DNA from: Azolla caroliniana
Lineage: Eukaryota; Plantae; Polypodiophyta
Direction of reading: 5' to 3'
Assembly: GCA_043228905.1 (NCBI GenBank)
Contig: JBHGNT010000015.1
Coordinates: 11,842,001 to 11,906,000, forward strand
DNA: 64,000 nt
In this document: in pieces, positions 11,603-23,764 of the stretch
How positions within the stretch are numbered: the stretch's first letter is position 1
Layout of the letters: each line of letters starts with the position of its first letter
Program-made: the position numbers and the translations under genes
Notes under the pieces: generated by a model
What the model saw: the letters and a program-made list of their open reading frames with translations, nothing else
Told to the model about the DNA's origin: nothing
Database searches by the model: none

Positions 11603-14210
11603 GAAAGAAAGAAAGAAAAGAAAGATATTTACCCACGAGACAAAATTGGCCCATGAGACAAATGGTTTACAACAAAAAATGGGATATTTACCCATTCATT
11701 GAAAGTAGAAAATAAAAATAAAAATAGAGTTTAAAGCTAAATAGTTCTAGTAAAATAACAAACATGTTCTACAATGAAAATGATGTTATATTCGGCCTAA
11801 TTTCATTTCCATCCAAGTCTCTTGAAGAGAAGTGGGAGGTCAAAGGGTTTCAATGTGGATGTGGCCCGTGGCCCCAATGTAAAAGGTACCCCAACCATAG
11901 CTTCTAGTCGACATAGCTCACGTTCCCTTATCTTCTTAATCCTTTCTACTCCATGTCAACTGGTTTTGAAGCCCAACATCCGAGGGTGTTTGGTTGTTCT
12001 TTGCATTTCAGCTTCCTCAAGAGAGAGGTCGAGTGGCGTAAGTGTATCCACATTCATCGTCTCCCATTGTTCCTAAAAAATTACACTAGTTACAAGTTGA
12101 TGAATAGTAAAAGGGTTATGGTTAACACTTTGTAATTTATTCTCCCTATGTTGTTTTAGCTCTAAGATATACCTACCTACTCTCTTTACATCCAGGGTAT
12201 CTAATAGTTTGGAGAGGGTGGGAGTGGGTCCTAATATGTCTTGGTATTCCACTCGTATCTCGGCATAAGTTGGGCACTTGCATGTGAAGTGATACTCATC
12301 TTGTATCTCTATGTGGCACAACCTACATGGCCTTTCCTCCCTAGGGACTCTATTAGCCCGACCATTCTCAATCTCAAGTTGGTGAGATGATATCCTAAGT
12401 TGTCCAATGGCCACCCTTAGTGCATTTGATAAGAATGTATCTAGATATCTTGGTCGTGTAATAAAACCTAACTGAGAGAAGTGCAAGAAGTGTTCCTTAT
12501 AGTACAACATTTTAGATGGGAGTGGCTCTCGTGGGGTGATCCATTTATATCGAGTGTAAATTTGCCATATTTCTTGACGTATCACTTTATTACGGTCTTC
12601 ATGAGATATTAAAGTTTGGTCAGTCTCATGGTTGTACTTAAGGGGGGTTAGGTTATTAATGTCTATGCCATTTGCAAGTAACCAACTCACCATAGTGTTA
12701 TACCAAGAGCTAGTGTCTCTAGATGCATGTAGGGATCGGGATGCCTCAAAGGCTCGACGAGATATCTTATCTTGTGGTTGGCTATGTATCCGATGAATAA
12801 AAACTACCACTTGAAATAGTGCTTTTACTAACATCAGGGACAGACTGAACTCTGCTCTAATAATGTCATGTGGTACTGTCGATTTGCTTTGGAGTTGACG
12901 TGATAACATCGTCACCAAAGGTCTCTCTAATTGTGTTCACATGAAAGATAGTAGACTTGGAGCCCATACTACTGATGCATACATGAGGGAAGGGGTCACT
13001 AATGAGTCAAAGAGCCATCCCTTAGTCCGTGGCTCTTGAAAGTATGCTTGATGGCATTGTCTCTCTAAGAGTGAGAGGGATGCATACCCTCTCGGTAGCC
13101 CATCTTTGGCTGCATGGGTCATCGAGAATTTACCTAAGCGAGCACTAAAAGTGACTCCCAAGTATACATATGATCCAACTACCTCAACTAGTTTATGAGA
13201 GAGGATTAGGTGACATTTACTCCTAACTTGGGACGATGTATGAAAGATAAGGACTTTAGTTTTCGCTAGATTCACTACCAGTCCTCGTTGTGTACAAAAG
13301 TCATCTAGGGCATTAAGATGCTTTTGTAGGTCGTATTCCGACTCTGAGAGCAAGGCAATGTCGTCTGCGTAGAGTAAGAGACTAACTTACATATCCCTAA
13401 TAGCTACTCCCTTGCCTCCCTTATGAGCAATTAAATCAGTGATTTCATCAATGTAGATCCCAAAAAGAGTCGGTGATAGGGGGCAACCCTGTTTTACACC
13501 AATGGTGCTAGTGAAACAATCGGATAGGCCACTTGGGCATCTTATGCACCTAGAGACTTGCTCATATTGGGCATAAATGGCCTAGATCATGTCATTTGAT
13601 ATCTCCAAGCCCTTAAGTCTATCAAACAACTTCTCCCAAGGAACTGTGTCAAAGGCTTTGCAAAAAGTCCACAAAGCAACAATATAGTTTCTTCGTACGA
13701 GCCTTTGTCTGGTCAATTAAGCACCTAAGTGTGAAGATATGGTCAATAGTGGAGAAGGCTCGTCTAAAGCCAGCCTGCTCAGGTGCTCGAAGACTTAATG
13801 TTTCCATATAATCGCTGAGCTCCGCTTCCATTACCGCACCATATAGTTTAGCTAGCGTATGACCTATCATAATGGTCCTATATGTATTTGGGTCCATTGG
13901 GTCCCCTCCTTTATGGATAGGGGTCAATGTGTTCATGGTCCATTGTGGTGGAAAACCCTCGGCGAGGGCGCGGTTGAAGATTAGAGTGAGAAAGGGGGCT
14001 AGACACTCTCGAGCATATATGATGTGCTCGGCTCGCAATCCTGTGTGGTCCATGGATTTCCTATGTTGTAATTTTTTTATGACCTTCGTGACCGTAGAGG
14101 TCGTGAAAAGTGTCCCCATGTGAGGTCGGGGTGTGGAAGGCATTGGAATGGGTGGTTGGTTCGGGACATGGTAGAGTCTCTTGATATATGTGTGCCAAAT
14201 ATTGGGATCC
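11603..14210 (-). mobile_element. 5'-truncated RTEX-like LINE, copy 2 (longest; covers the RT domain)
   Basis: PIHKGGD..YRTI, EQAGFR, CCFVDF, GVKQGCPLSPTLF, LLYADD, same C-terminal zinc finger; (CTTT)n tail. Confidence 0.9.
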
Positions 14211-14230
14211 GAGAGAGAGAGAGAGCTTGA

Positions 14231-14367
14231 TTCCACAGTGGCATCTAGTGAATTAGAGTATATGAAGTATATAATAGAGAGGTGAGGAGATTAGGTTTCA
14301 AACCCACAATGCAGTGCTTGTAGTGTGAACAACTTACCACTAGGGTAAGGTACTTACGAGAAAAAAA
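14231..14367 (+). mobile_element. Putative tRNA-derived SINE
   Basis: A-box-like TGGCATCTAGTG, B-box-like GGTTTCAAACCC, A7 tail, ~16-bp TSD GAGAG(A/T)GAGAGCTTGA; absent from the sister LTR at ~25.3 kb. Confidence 0.7.
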
Positions 14368-16685
14368 GAGAGTGAGAGCTTGAATAAGAAGTTGTATTCG
14401 TAAAAAATAGAATTACATCCAACAGTAACTAAGTTACAAAAGGTTGGTTTAAATACCAACTGATCTAGGGTAAGTGCCCTTTCTACTAATTATAAATCTA
14501 GCCTAGTATGACGTCCACTGGTTACTGTGAACACTGTCTCTATGGGAAGTTGGGTTCGATTCTCAACATGCCCCTTCGAACACAACTTCCGGATGTCGAA
14601 ACGTTGGTTTGGTTCAATCTTCGAAAAAACTTCTATTCGGTTGAATCGGCTTCGGCTTTCAAGTTGTTTCGGTTGTTCGGCTCTCGATTGCTCGATTACT
14701 TCATGCTCCTTGTTATCGTACATTGACTCCTTTGGTTGGATTCGATCGACTAATCGACTGTTGTTCGACATCGACGATTACTTTTGTTTTTCGCTACTCC
14801 CCCTCAAGCGCGGCTGGTCTGTGATCGAGAGACCAAGGTTTGGCGGGAACTGCCACAACTTGTCGATCTCTAGGGCTTTTGTGAAGATGTTGGCTACTTG
14901 GAGATTTGTGTTGATGTGTTGTAAATCGACATCTCTAGCTTGAACGCGCTCTCGGATGAAGTGATAGTGCACTTCGATATGCTTAGTCCGCGCATGGAAC
15001 ACAGGGTTCCGAGCTAGGTAGATACTGCTCATGTTGTCGTAGTATAGGAGAATCGGATCCTTGATGATAATGCCCAGATCCTTCAATATGCACTTCAGCC
15101 ATATGGCCTCCCATGCAGCGACTGCCACTCCCCTGTATTCGGCCTTTGTGCGCGACAATGCGATTGTCGGCTGCTTTTTGCTGCTCCAAGAGATCGCTCC
15201 ACTGCTGAGAGAGAAGATGAATCCGGAAGTCGATCATCTATCAGCCTTATAGCCAGCCCAGTCTACATCCATGTACTCTTCAAGCCAAATGATCGTATCT
15301 GACTTGTATATGATGTCGAAGTCCATCGTCCCACGGACGTACATAATACCCTCTTAGCGCAATCGAGATGAACACTTCGAGGATTCTGCATGAATTGGCT
15401 AAGTAGGCCAACCGAATAGCTAAGGTTGGGTCGTATGATGGTTAGATAGATTAGGCTACCGATCAAGTCGGCTCACACTCTTCTATTCCCGAATTGGCAT
15501 CGAGTTTGAGATTTCGATCGAGAGGGGCAAACACAGGTTTGCATTCTATCATTCTGAACTTGTAGAGTAAGTTGAGGATGTATTGCCATTGAGAGATCAA
15601 TATCTGGACTGGTGTCTGAATTACTTCGATACCGAGGAAGTAATGGAGCTCATGCATGTCTTTCATTTCGAATCTGCTGGATAGGAATGATTTGACCTTA
15701 TTGATCTCAGCGAGATCCTTTCCTCCGATGACCAAATCATCCATGTATAGGATGATGACAATCAGGTTGTTTGACTTGTTTCGGATGTATAGGGAGTTGT
15801 CCGATTTCTTCATTTGGAAGCCGATTTGGTGCAGATATTGGGTGATCTTCGAATGCCAAGCACGCAGTGCTTGCTTGAGGCCGTATAGAGGCTTCCGGAG
15901 TTGGTAGACTACTTTCGGGTGTTTACTTGATTTGAAACCTGGTGGTTGAATCATGAAGACTTCCTCTTCTAATTCGCCCTATAGGAAGGCATTCTTCACA
16001 TCCATTTGGTGGAGATGCCACCCTTGTGCAACTGCAAGAGCGATGACTATCCAAACAGCCATCATCTTTGCCACTGGGGCAAAGGTCTCCTCATAATCGA
16101 CTCCTTGTGTTTGAGTGTATCCCTTGGCTACGAGTCGTGCCTTGTAGAGATTTACCAAGCCGTCGACATTGTATTTTACCTTATGTATCCATCTGCAACG
16201 GATCGCTTTCTTATGTGTTGAATGGGAAATGAGATCCCATGACTTGTTTTTACTTAAAGCCTGCATTTCTTCATTCATGGCATCGATCCATCACGGATCC
16301 CTGGCTGCCTCGGAAAAGGTTTCCGGTTCTCGGATAGTCGTGACCTTCATCATAAAGGCATAATGATATGCCATATACTCATCGTAGCCGATTCGGCTAA
16401 CCGGGTTTTTCTCTCGAGTGGAGCAACGAAGCTTCTCATTTGCAGAGTCTAAGGCTTTCTTCGCTCCATTCATCCGGATGATTGGAATGTCCATGCCTCC
16501 GAACTCACTATCAAGAGAGTGAGTTGACTTGTTGTCGATTGGATCTTCGTATCCTAGCATTTTGGCCTTCCCTTTGCCAAGTTTCGGACTCAGCTAAGAT
16601 GTGCTTTGGTCACTCGGGGGCTCCTGTGGTCCACTAAGCCTTGTCATAATCGGACTTTCTTTGAACATGTGTCCGAGTCGAAATT

Positions 16686-19600
16686 TGTAAACGATTGCTT
16701 GCGGAAGCGTTAGAGAAGCAGAGAAAACAGAAAATATGTAGAGAGTACGCGGGAGAGACAGAGAGAGCAGAACGTAAAAGTTATATTCAAAATAATAGTA
16801 AAACACTCTGTACATACTCTGTGCTCAATAGCACTATTTATACAAGTCCTACACGGACTGACAGAAGAACTAGTACTTCAATGCTCACACGAGCATCTGA
16901 CACTAACTCTAAGACTATAACTACCTAGTAATCTAACTTATTACTAGGCTTCCGGTTACTGCTGGATCCGGCTAACCGGCTCTCTGATCACCGACTCTGT
17001 AGCTTGCCGGCTCGGTTGCTCACCGACATACCGATCTGTCTCACTTACCGGCTCAGGCTTTTCAGCCGATCCGGCTCTAGTTGAGCTTGCCGCGCAACAC
17101 TCCCCCTCAAGCTCAACTAGAGGTCGGGTTGTAGTGTCATTCTCTGTGGCGGCCGGTTCTTTCAACCGACTTCTCCTGGCGTCGCTCCGCCTTGCTCACA
17201 CTCCTCGTCCGACTCGGTCCCGTTTGCCGCGACCCCTCTAGTTCTGCGTGCCTCGACCTTCTCGGTCGGCATGTCTACTCATCATGCCCATCTCAGCTCC
17301 TTCGCTGCTATGACTCCGATGCTTGCCGATCCGTCGGTTCCTCCGCGATGGCATTGACTTCCGCTGCGTCCGTGTCTCCTTGGCCTTTGGTTGATCCGAC
17401 TCATCTGGATCCAACTCTTGATGTGAATCGGCTGTCTCTGACTCGTTCCAACACTTGTCCGAATCAGTATCCTCTGATTCGACTTCCGACATCAGGCCTT
17501 TCACCACATCGGACCACGTTCGGGTCTCGGCCTTCTCTGTGCTTCCCTCAGCTTCTTCAGCCGGTTCACCGAAATCGAATTCTTCATTTGACTCCACATC
17601 ATGGTCATTATTGCCGTGATGACCTCCGCACAACATGCACTTCTCTTCCTGAGTGCACACTTCTTCTTCCTTCCAGTTGGCTCGGTCCTTCTTGACTCTG
17701 CCACCACAGTCGCTTGCTCCGACTTGTTCGGATGTGTCGACTTCCTTCGTCAGCTCGGCTTCTTTCTTCTTCTTGTCTCCCCTTCTTCTGGTTCTTCTCT
17801 TACCGACAGGTTCAATAGTTTCTTTGCCTTTGCCCGTTTCAGTAGTGTCTTTACCCTTGCTTCTCCCCCTCAAGTGCGGCACGTCGAGATGCTGAACACC
17901 AAGCATGTCGGTAAAGTGCTGCAACTTGTCAGATCCGAGCGGTTTGGTGAAGATGTCGATAACTTGCGGATCTGTGTGAACATTACGAAGTTCAACTTCA
18001 CCGCTCAGGACCCTCTCACGCACAAAATGATAATGCACTTCTATGTGCTTCATGCGAGCATGGAACACAGGGTTCTTGGCGAGCTGCATGTTGCTGATGT
18101 TATCACAATAAATCGGGATCGGGGTCGGTACCTCGATCCGCAAGTCTCGCAGCAGTCGCTGAAGCCAAATGGCTTCGCAGGTAGCCACGGTTGCGCCTCG
18201 GTACTCAGCCTCAGTGCTAGACTGAGCCACTATTGGCTGCTTTTTGCTGCTCCACGCAATAGCCGCGCTCCCAAGAGAAAACATAAATCCGGAAGTCGAT
18301 CGGCGATCTGACGCATCGCCGGCCTAGTCGGCATCCGTGTAGCCGACCAACTCTTCCGTTATACTTCGCCGGTATAACAGTCCCCGGTCCTTCGTGCCGC
18401 TTACATATCGCAATATTCGTTGCGCGCACTAAAGGTGCTCCATAGTCGGCTTCTGCATGAATTGGCTTATCACTTTGACCGAATAGCTGATGTCAGGTCG
18501 GGTGATGGTCAAATATATAAGGCTTCCAACGATTTGTCGGAACCGTTTCTCATTGCAGGCCGGTCCGGAGTTGGGACGAAGCTTTTGGTTCCGGTCCAAG
18601 GGTGTGGAGACAGGTCGGCATTCTGTCATGCCAAACTTGTACAACATATTCAGCGCGTAATGCCGTTGTGAGAGCAATATGCTGTCGGGGGTGTGGATCA
18701 CCTCGATCCCGAGGAAGTAATGAAGGTCCCCCAAATCCTTCATCTCAAATGTGTCCGACAATTGGGACTTGACGCGGTCGATTTCAGAAAGGCCCGGTCC
18801 GGTGATGACTAAATCATCAACATACAACAATATACATACTGGACCGTCTGAGCCTTTCCGGATGAACACTGAAGAGTTTGATTTGGAGGCCACAAACCCC
18901 ATCTTACGCAACCGGTGCGTGATTTTTGCATTCCAAGTTCGGGGGGCTTGCTTCAAGTCGTAAAGTGACTTCTTCAGTCGACATACCGCCGACTTGTTCA
19001 TCTCTGATTGGAAACCAGGGGGCTGGATCATATAGACCCGTTCTTCAAGATCTCCTTGAAGGAAGGCATTCTTCACATCCATCTGGTGAAGATGCCACCC
19101 CCTTGCCACAACAACCGCCAGCACCACACAAACCGTCGTCATCTTCGCGACAGGAGCGAAGGTCTCATCGTAATCAATTCCGTGGGTCTGTGCGTACCCC
19201 TTCGCCACTAACCGGGCCTTGTACCGGTTAACTGAACCGTCGGTGTTGTACTTGACCTTGTACACCCACTTGCATCCGATCAGTTTGCAATGACGGGGAG
19301 GGTCAACCAGGTCCCATGTCTAGTTGGCATCGAGTGCCCACATTTCTTCCTCCATAGTGACACACCAATTTGCGTCCTTTGCCACTTCTGCGTAGGTCTC
19401 CGGCTCACGCACTTCCGCCACCTTAGTCATGTACGCATAGTGATGCGCCATGTACTCATTGTACCCGTACCGCTTGACGGGATCCTTCTGGCGGGTGGAC
19501 CGGTGTAATTCACCATTGCCCGTATTGAGGCCCTTCTTGGCCGGTCCGAACTTCGTTGCCGAAGATCCGCCTTTCTCCTTGCCGGAGTCGGATGCACACC

Positions 19601-21715
19601 GATCCGACTCATCGTTGCCGGAATCGAATTCCGGCATCTTCTTTTTCCCTTTCTCTTTGCGCGTGAACCGTCTCCTCGGTTCCTTGCGCGGGGAGAGCAC
19701 GGCAGAGTCTCCACTACTTGCTGGTTCCTCATCGGACTAGTCAGATTGACTCAGTCTCTCATTCGGTCCGCTCAACCGAAACGATTTTGGACTCTCATCT
19801 TGACTCCACGCTTCATCATCCTCTACCTGGGCCGGTTCAGGATCACTAGCCTCATCCACCGACATCGGGTCAGATTTGGAAGTCAGAGTCGGTAAGGAGT
19901 ACCACGATGCCGATTCATCAACCTCGACATCTCGACTAATTCGGACCTGCTTTGTCCGGGGGTTATAACACTTATAACCCTTTTGCTCTTCAGCATAGCC
20001 GACTAGGATGCATTTTTCCGATTTTGCATCCAGCTTCCTCGGCTTCTCATCCGGCACATGCACATATGCAATGCTACCGAATATCCTAAGGTGTCTTAAG
20101 TTCGTCTTGCGCCCGAAATACAGCTCGTGAGCTGACACCTTGTCACTGATCCGGTTCTGGATGTAGACGGCCGTTCGGACCGCCTTCGCACAGTAGAATT
20201 TGGGCATGCTCTTCTCCTCCAGCATTGCCCTTGCCACATGAATAAGCGACCGGTTCTTCCTCTCGGCGACACCGTTCTGTTGCGGTGTGTATCTGCAGCT
20301 GTACTCGTGTTGAATTCCTTTTTGCTGCAGATAACTGTTGAATTGGCCGGAAAAATATTCTTTTCCGCCATCCGACCGTAGGCATTTGATCTTCCTCTCC
20401 ATTTCCCGTCCCACCATCTTCTGGAGGCTTTGGAAACATTCGAAGACTTCACTCTTCCGCTCAATGAGGTAGATCCATGTGTGCCGTGTATAGTCGTCAA
20501 TGAAGGAGACAAAATATCGACTCCCGCCAAGACTAGCATTCTATGCCGGTCCCCACACATCCGAATGCTAGTCTTGGCGGGAGTCGATATTTCGTCTCCA
20601 TGTACAGCATCCGGCTGTCAATGGTTGCGCTAGTTGACGCACCGGCGTGGTTCTCCTCTACAAGGAGCATCGACTGTAAGTCGAAAAATGACGGCGTATT
20701 CTCCCTTGTACAAACCGCCGTCCGAAAGGCTTTGTACTTAGACGCCAGGTCCCCAAGAAAAACCTATACCATCTCGTCTTCCTCTACGATAACGTTGATG
20801 GAGGCAAGCGAGTCACATATCTCTTTGATCCGGGCCGTGTAATCTGCCACCGACATGTCCTTCTGCTGGACATTGCTCAATTCCTGTCGGAGTTGCAGCT
20901 TCCGGGTTGTAGTGCTCGCGGCGAAAACCTTCTTCAGGTTCCCCCAAGCCTCCTTCGGCGTCTTGGCGGTGGCTCAGCAGTTGGTCTCCGACACTGGACG
21001 CGAAGCAGTACATCACTTTGCTTGCTGATTGTTCCCACACTGGGAAGACCTTGTGTGCCGCATTAGGTGGTGTTTCGTTAGTTCGTTCCACGAAACTCCA
21101 ATACCCATGCCCCAGTAGGTATTGATGCATTTTGTACGACCAAGACGCATAGTTGCTCCGGTCGAGTTTCTCTGTGGGAAGTGAACTTGCCATACCTCTG
21201 TCCATAACCGCTTCGGTGTCTGTTCTTGCGACTTGTTGGGTTTTGCTTCTCAAGGCGAATGTCTGCAGTAGAGGTTCTCAACCCTCGCGCTCTGATACCA
21301 TGTAAACGATTGCTTGCGGAAGCGTTAGAGAAGCAGAGAAAACAGAAAATATGTAGAGAGAACGCGGGAGAGACAGAGAGAGCAGAATGTAAAAGTTCTA
21401 TTCAAAATAATAGTAAAACACTCTGTACATACTCTGTGCTCAATAGCACTATTTATACAAGTCCTACACAGACTGACAGAAATACTGTGTACTTCAATGC
21501 TCACACGAGCATCTGACACTAACTCTGAGACTATAACTACCTAGTAATCTAACTTATTACTAGGCTTCCGGTTACTGCTGGATCTGGCTAACTGGCTCTC
21601 TGCTCACCGACTCTGTAGCTTGCCGGCTCGGTTGCTCACCGGCATACCGATCTGTCTCACTTACCGGCTCAGGCTTTTCAGTCGATCCGGCTCCAGTTGA
21701 GCTTGCCGCTCAACA
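16686..21715 (-). mobile_element. Copia element E (similar LTRs; protease region deleted), nested in D
   Basis: LTRs 16686-17099 and 21301-21715; PBS complement GCTCTGATACCA; PPT 17100-17114; TSD AAATT/AAATT. Confidence 0.95.
17238..21205 (-). pseudogene. gag-pol: gag-pol remnant of E; RNaseH continues in frame into a ~200-aa charged tail
   Basis: ORFs 20813-21253, 19737-20417, 18429-19265, 17238-18284. Confidence 0.9.
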
Positions 21716-22276
21716 AAATTCATCTTCTATCTCTCGTTTGACTGATTCCAGGTCAATTGGAGTCGAAATCGCGGTTGTCTTTGGGTCGTACCAAGATGTC
21801 GACTCGTCGAAAACGATGTCTCGACTTACTCAAACTTTTCTGGTAGAAGGATTGTAACATTTGTACCTGTTTTCGGGTAGAAGGATTGTAACATCTGTTC
21901 ATGAGATAGGTGGTCGTGTTAGCCGCTTCTACCCAATATGATTTCAGTAGGTTCTTCTCCTTCATCATGGCCCTTGCTACCTCTACTATGTGCTGATTCT
22001 TTCGTTTGGCTACTCTGTTTTGTTGAGGTGTGTGTCGGCATGATAATTCTCATCGAATTCCTTCCTTTCGGAGGTATGTCGAAAACTCGTCTGAGAAATA
22101 CTCTTTGCCTCCGTCTGATCGAAGGCATCGAACATGCCAACTTGTGTCTTTTTCTTCTTTGTTTTTAAACCTTTGGAAGTGTCTGAACACTTCACTCTTC
22201 TGTCGCATTGGATAGATCCAGACATGCCTCAAGAAGTCGTCGATGAACGAGACATAATATCAGCATCCGCCAAATG

Positions 22277-22521
22277 TGGTTGTCTATGCCGGTCCCCTTA
22301 CATCCGAATGTATGACATCCATGATTCCTTTACTCACATTCCCTTCTTTTGGGAATGGCTGTCTATGCCGGTCCCCATACATCTGAATGTACGGCATCCA
22401 AGATTCCTTTCCTCACATTCCCTTCTTTTGGGAATGGTTGTCTATGCTGGTCCCCATACATCTGAATGTACGACATCCATGATTCCTTTCCTCACATTCC
22501 CTTCTTTTGGGAATGGTTGTC
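22277..22521. repeat. Triple 79-bp tandem repeat at the start of D's integrase core
   Basis: Units begin at 22277, 22356, 22435; TGG(T/C)TGTC at junctions. Confidence 0.9.
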
Positions 22522-23309
22522 CGTGTTGTTTGTTGAATTGGCATGCTTCACATACACCCTTCTTAGTAAATGTCGGAAGTCCGATTATGACTCCTTTTGA
22601 CTGCATCCTTTTAAGCTTTTGGAGGTTAATATGGCCAATTCGCTTGTGCCGCAGTTTCAAGCCGGTTTCGACTTTGATGCCGTTTGCGAACATGGCGGAC
22701 TTCACCTCGCTTGACTCGAGGATGAACATTCGGCCTTCTCGACGACTATGCACTATGATTTGATCGTCTTTTTCAATGAAGCACCCTTCATTATTGAACC
22801 ACACTTGCATGCCTTGTTCTACTATCTGGCCGACTAAGACCATATTTTTCGTGATGGTTGGGACATGCAAGACATTTTGGAGGTAGGTTTGTTGGCCATC
22901 GTTCCTGAATGGGACATTTCTGATATGCCAAATTGAGTGAGTTGTGTCATCTCAGGTTTCAACATAGCCGAGCCGATCGAGCTTTCGTAATTCTCGGAAC
23001 CAATCTTTGTGAGACGTCATATGATTGGATGCTCCTGAGTCAACAAATCATACATTATCTGAAGAAGAGGTGCGTGTCTCACCTTGTGTCGACATTGAGT
23101 GCACTTTGTGCCTCATCATGAACATTCCACCACGATTGTTGTAGTTGGAATTTGAAGCATAGTTAATGAGTTGTTGGCTAGTCGAGGCTGATTCTCATTG
23201 CTTCTTTCGGCACTCCTCTTCGTAGTGGCCAAGTTTTCCATAGTACCCGCATTCGATCGGGTTATTGGGATGTCTTGGTTCGGTAGGATGACTCCCCCTT
23301 TTGCCGAAC

Positions 23310-23764
23310 TGTTACGAGCATGGCCATATAATATCTCATGGTGAGAATTTACCGTAGTATTCTATACACGTGGATTAAGTGTGAGGGTTAAACGAGAGTG
23401 TAATGAAGGGGAGGATTACTTTTAATCTTTGGGATTGAGACAACTCATTAGGCCAAGTGTGAACTTGCCTGGGGGCCTTAGGTCTGGCTATAAATATGAG
23501 GCCTAACTACCCTCATTGGACACATTATCGACTACGTCGAGACTTTGACATTGTAGTGGGTCAACTCTTGTAGCGAGCGTGCCAGCACCAGGTACGACTC
23601 GATGCCATGACGGTGGTATGGGACGCCGATCGAGGCTCAAGTCCATCTCGATCCCTTCGATCGGGGGTGGTCGGGTGGATCAACACCCTTCTTTCTCTCT
23701 CTCCTTTCTTATTTATCTATCTTTTATCCTTATCATATGCTTACATTAGATCATCACTCTAACA
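23310..23764. mobile_element. Solo LTR in the gag of D
   Basis: TGTTA..TAACA ends; TSD CGAAC/CAAAC; TATAAAT inside. Confidence 0.82.

Noticed and set aside
17601-18311. Antisense ORFs (e.g. 236 aa) as extra genes
   Set aside because: Shadow frames of pol with no recognisable motifs.
22277-22521. CRISPR-like array
   Set aside because: Contiguous tandem copies of integrase coding sequence with no unique spacers and no cas genes.
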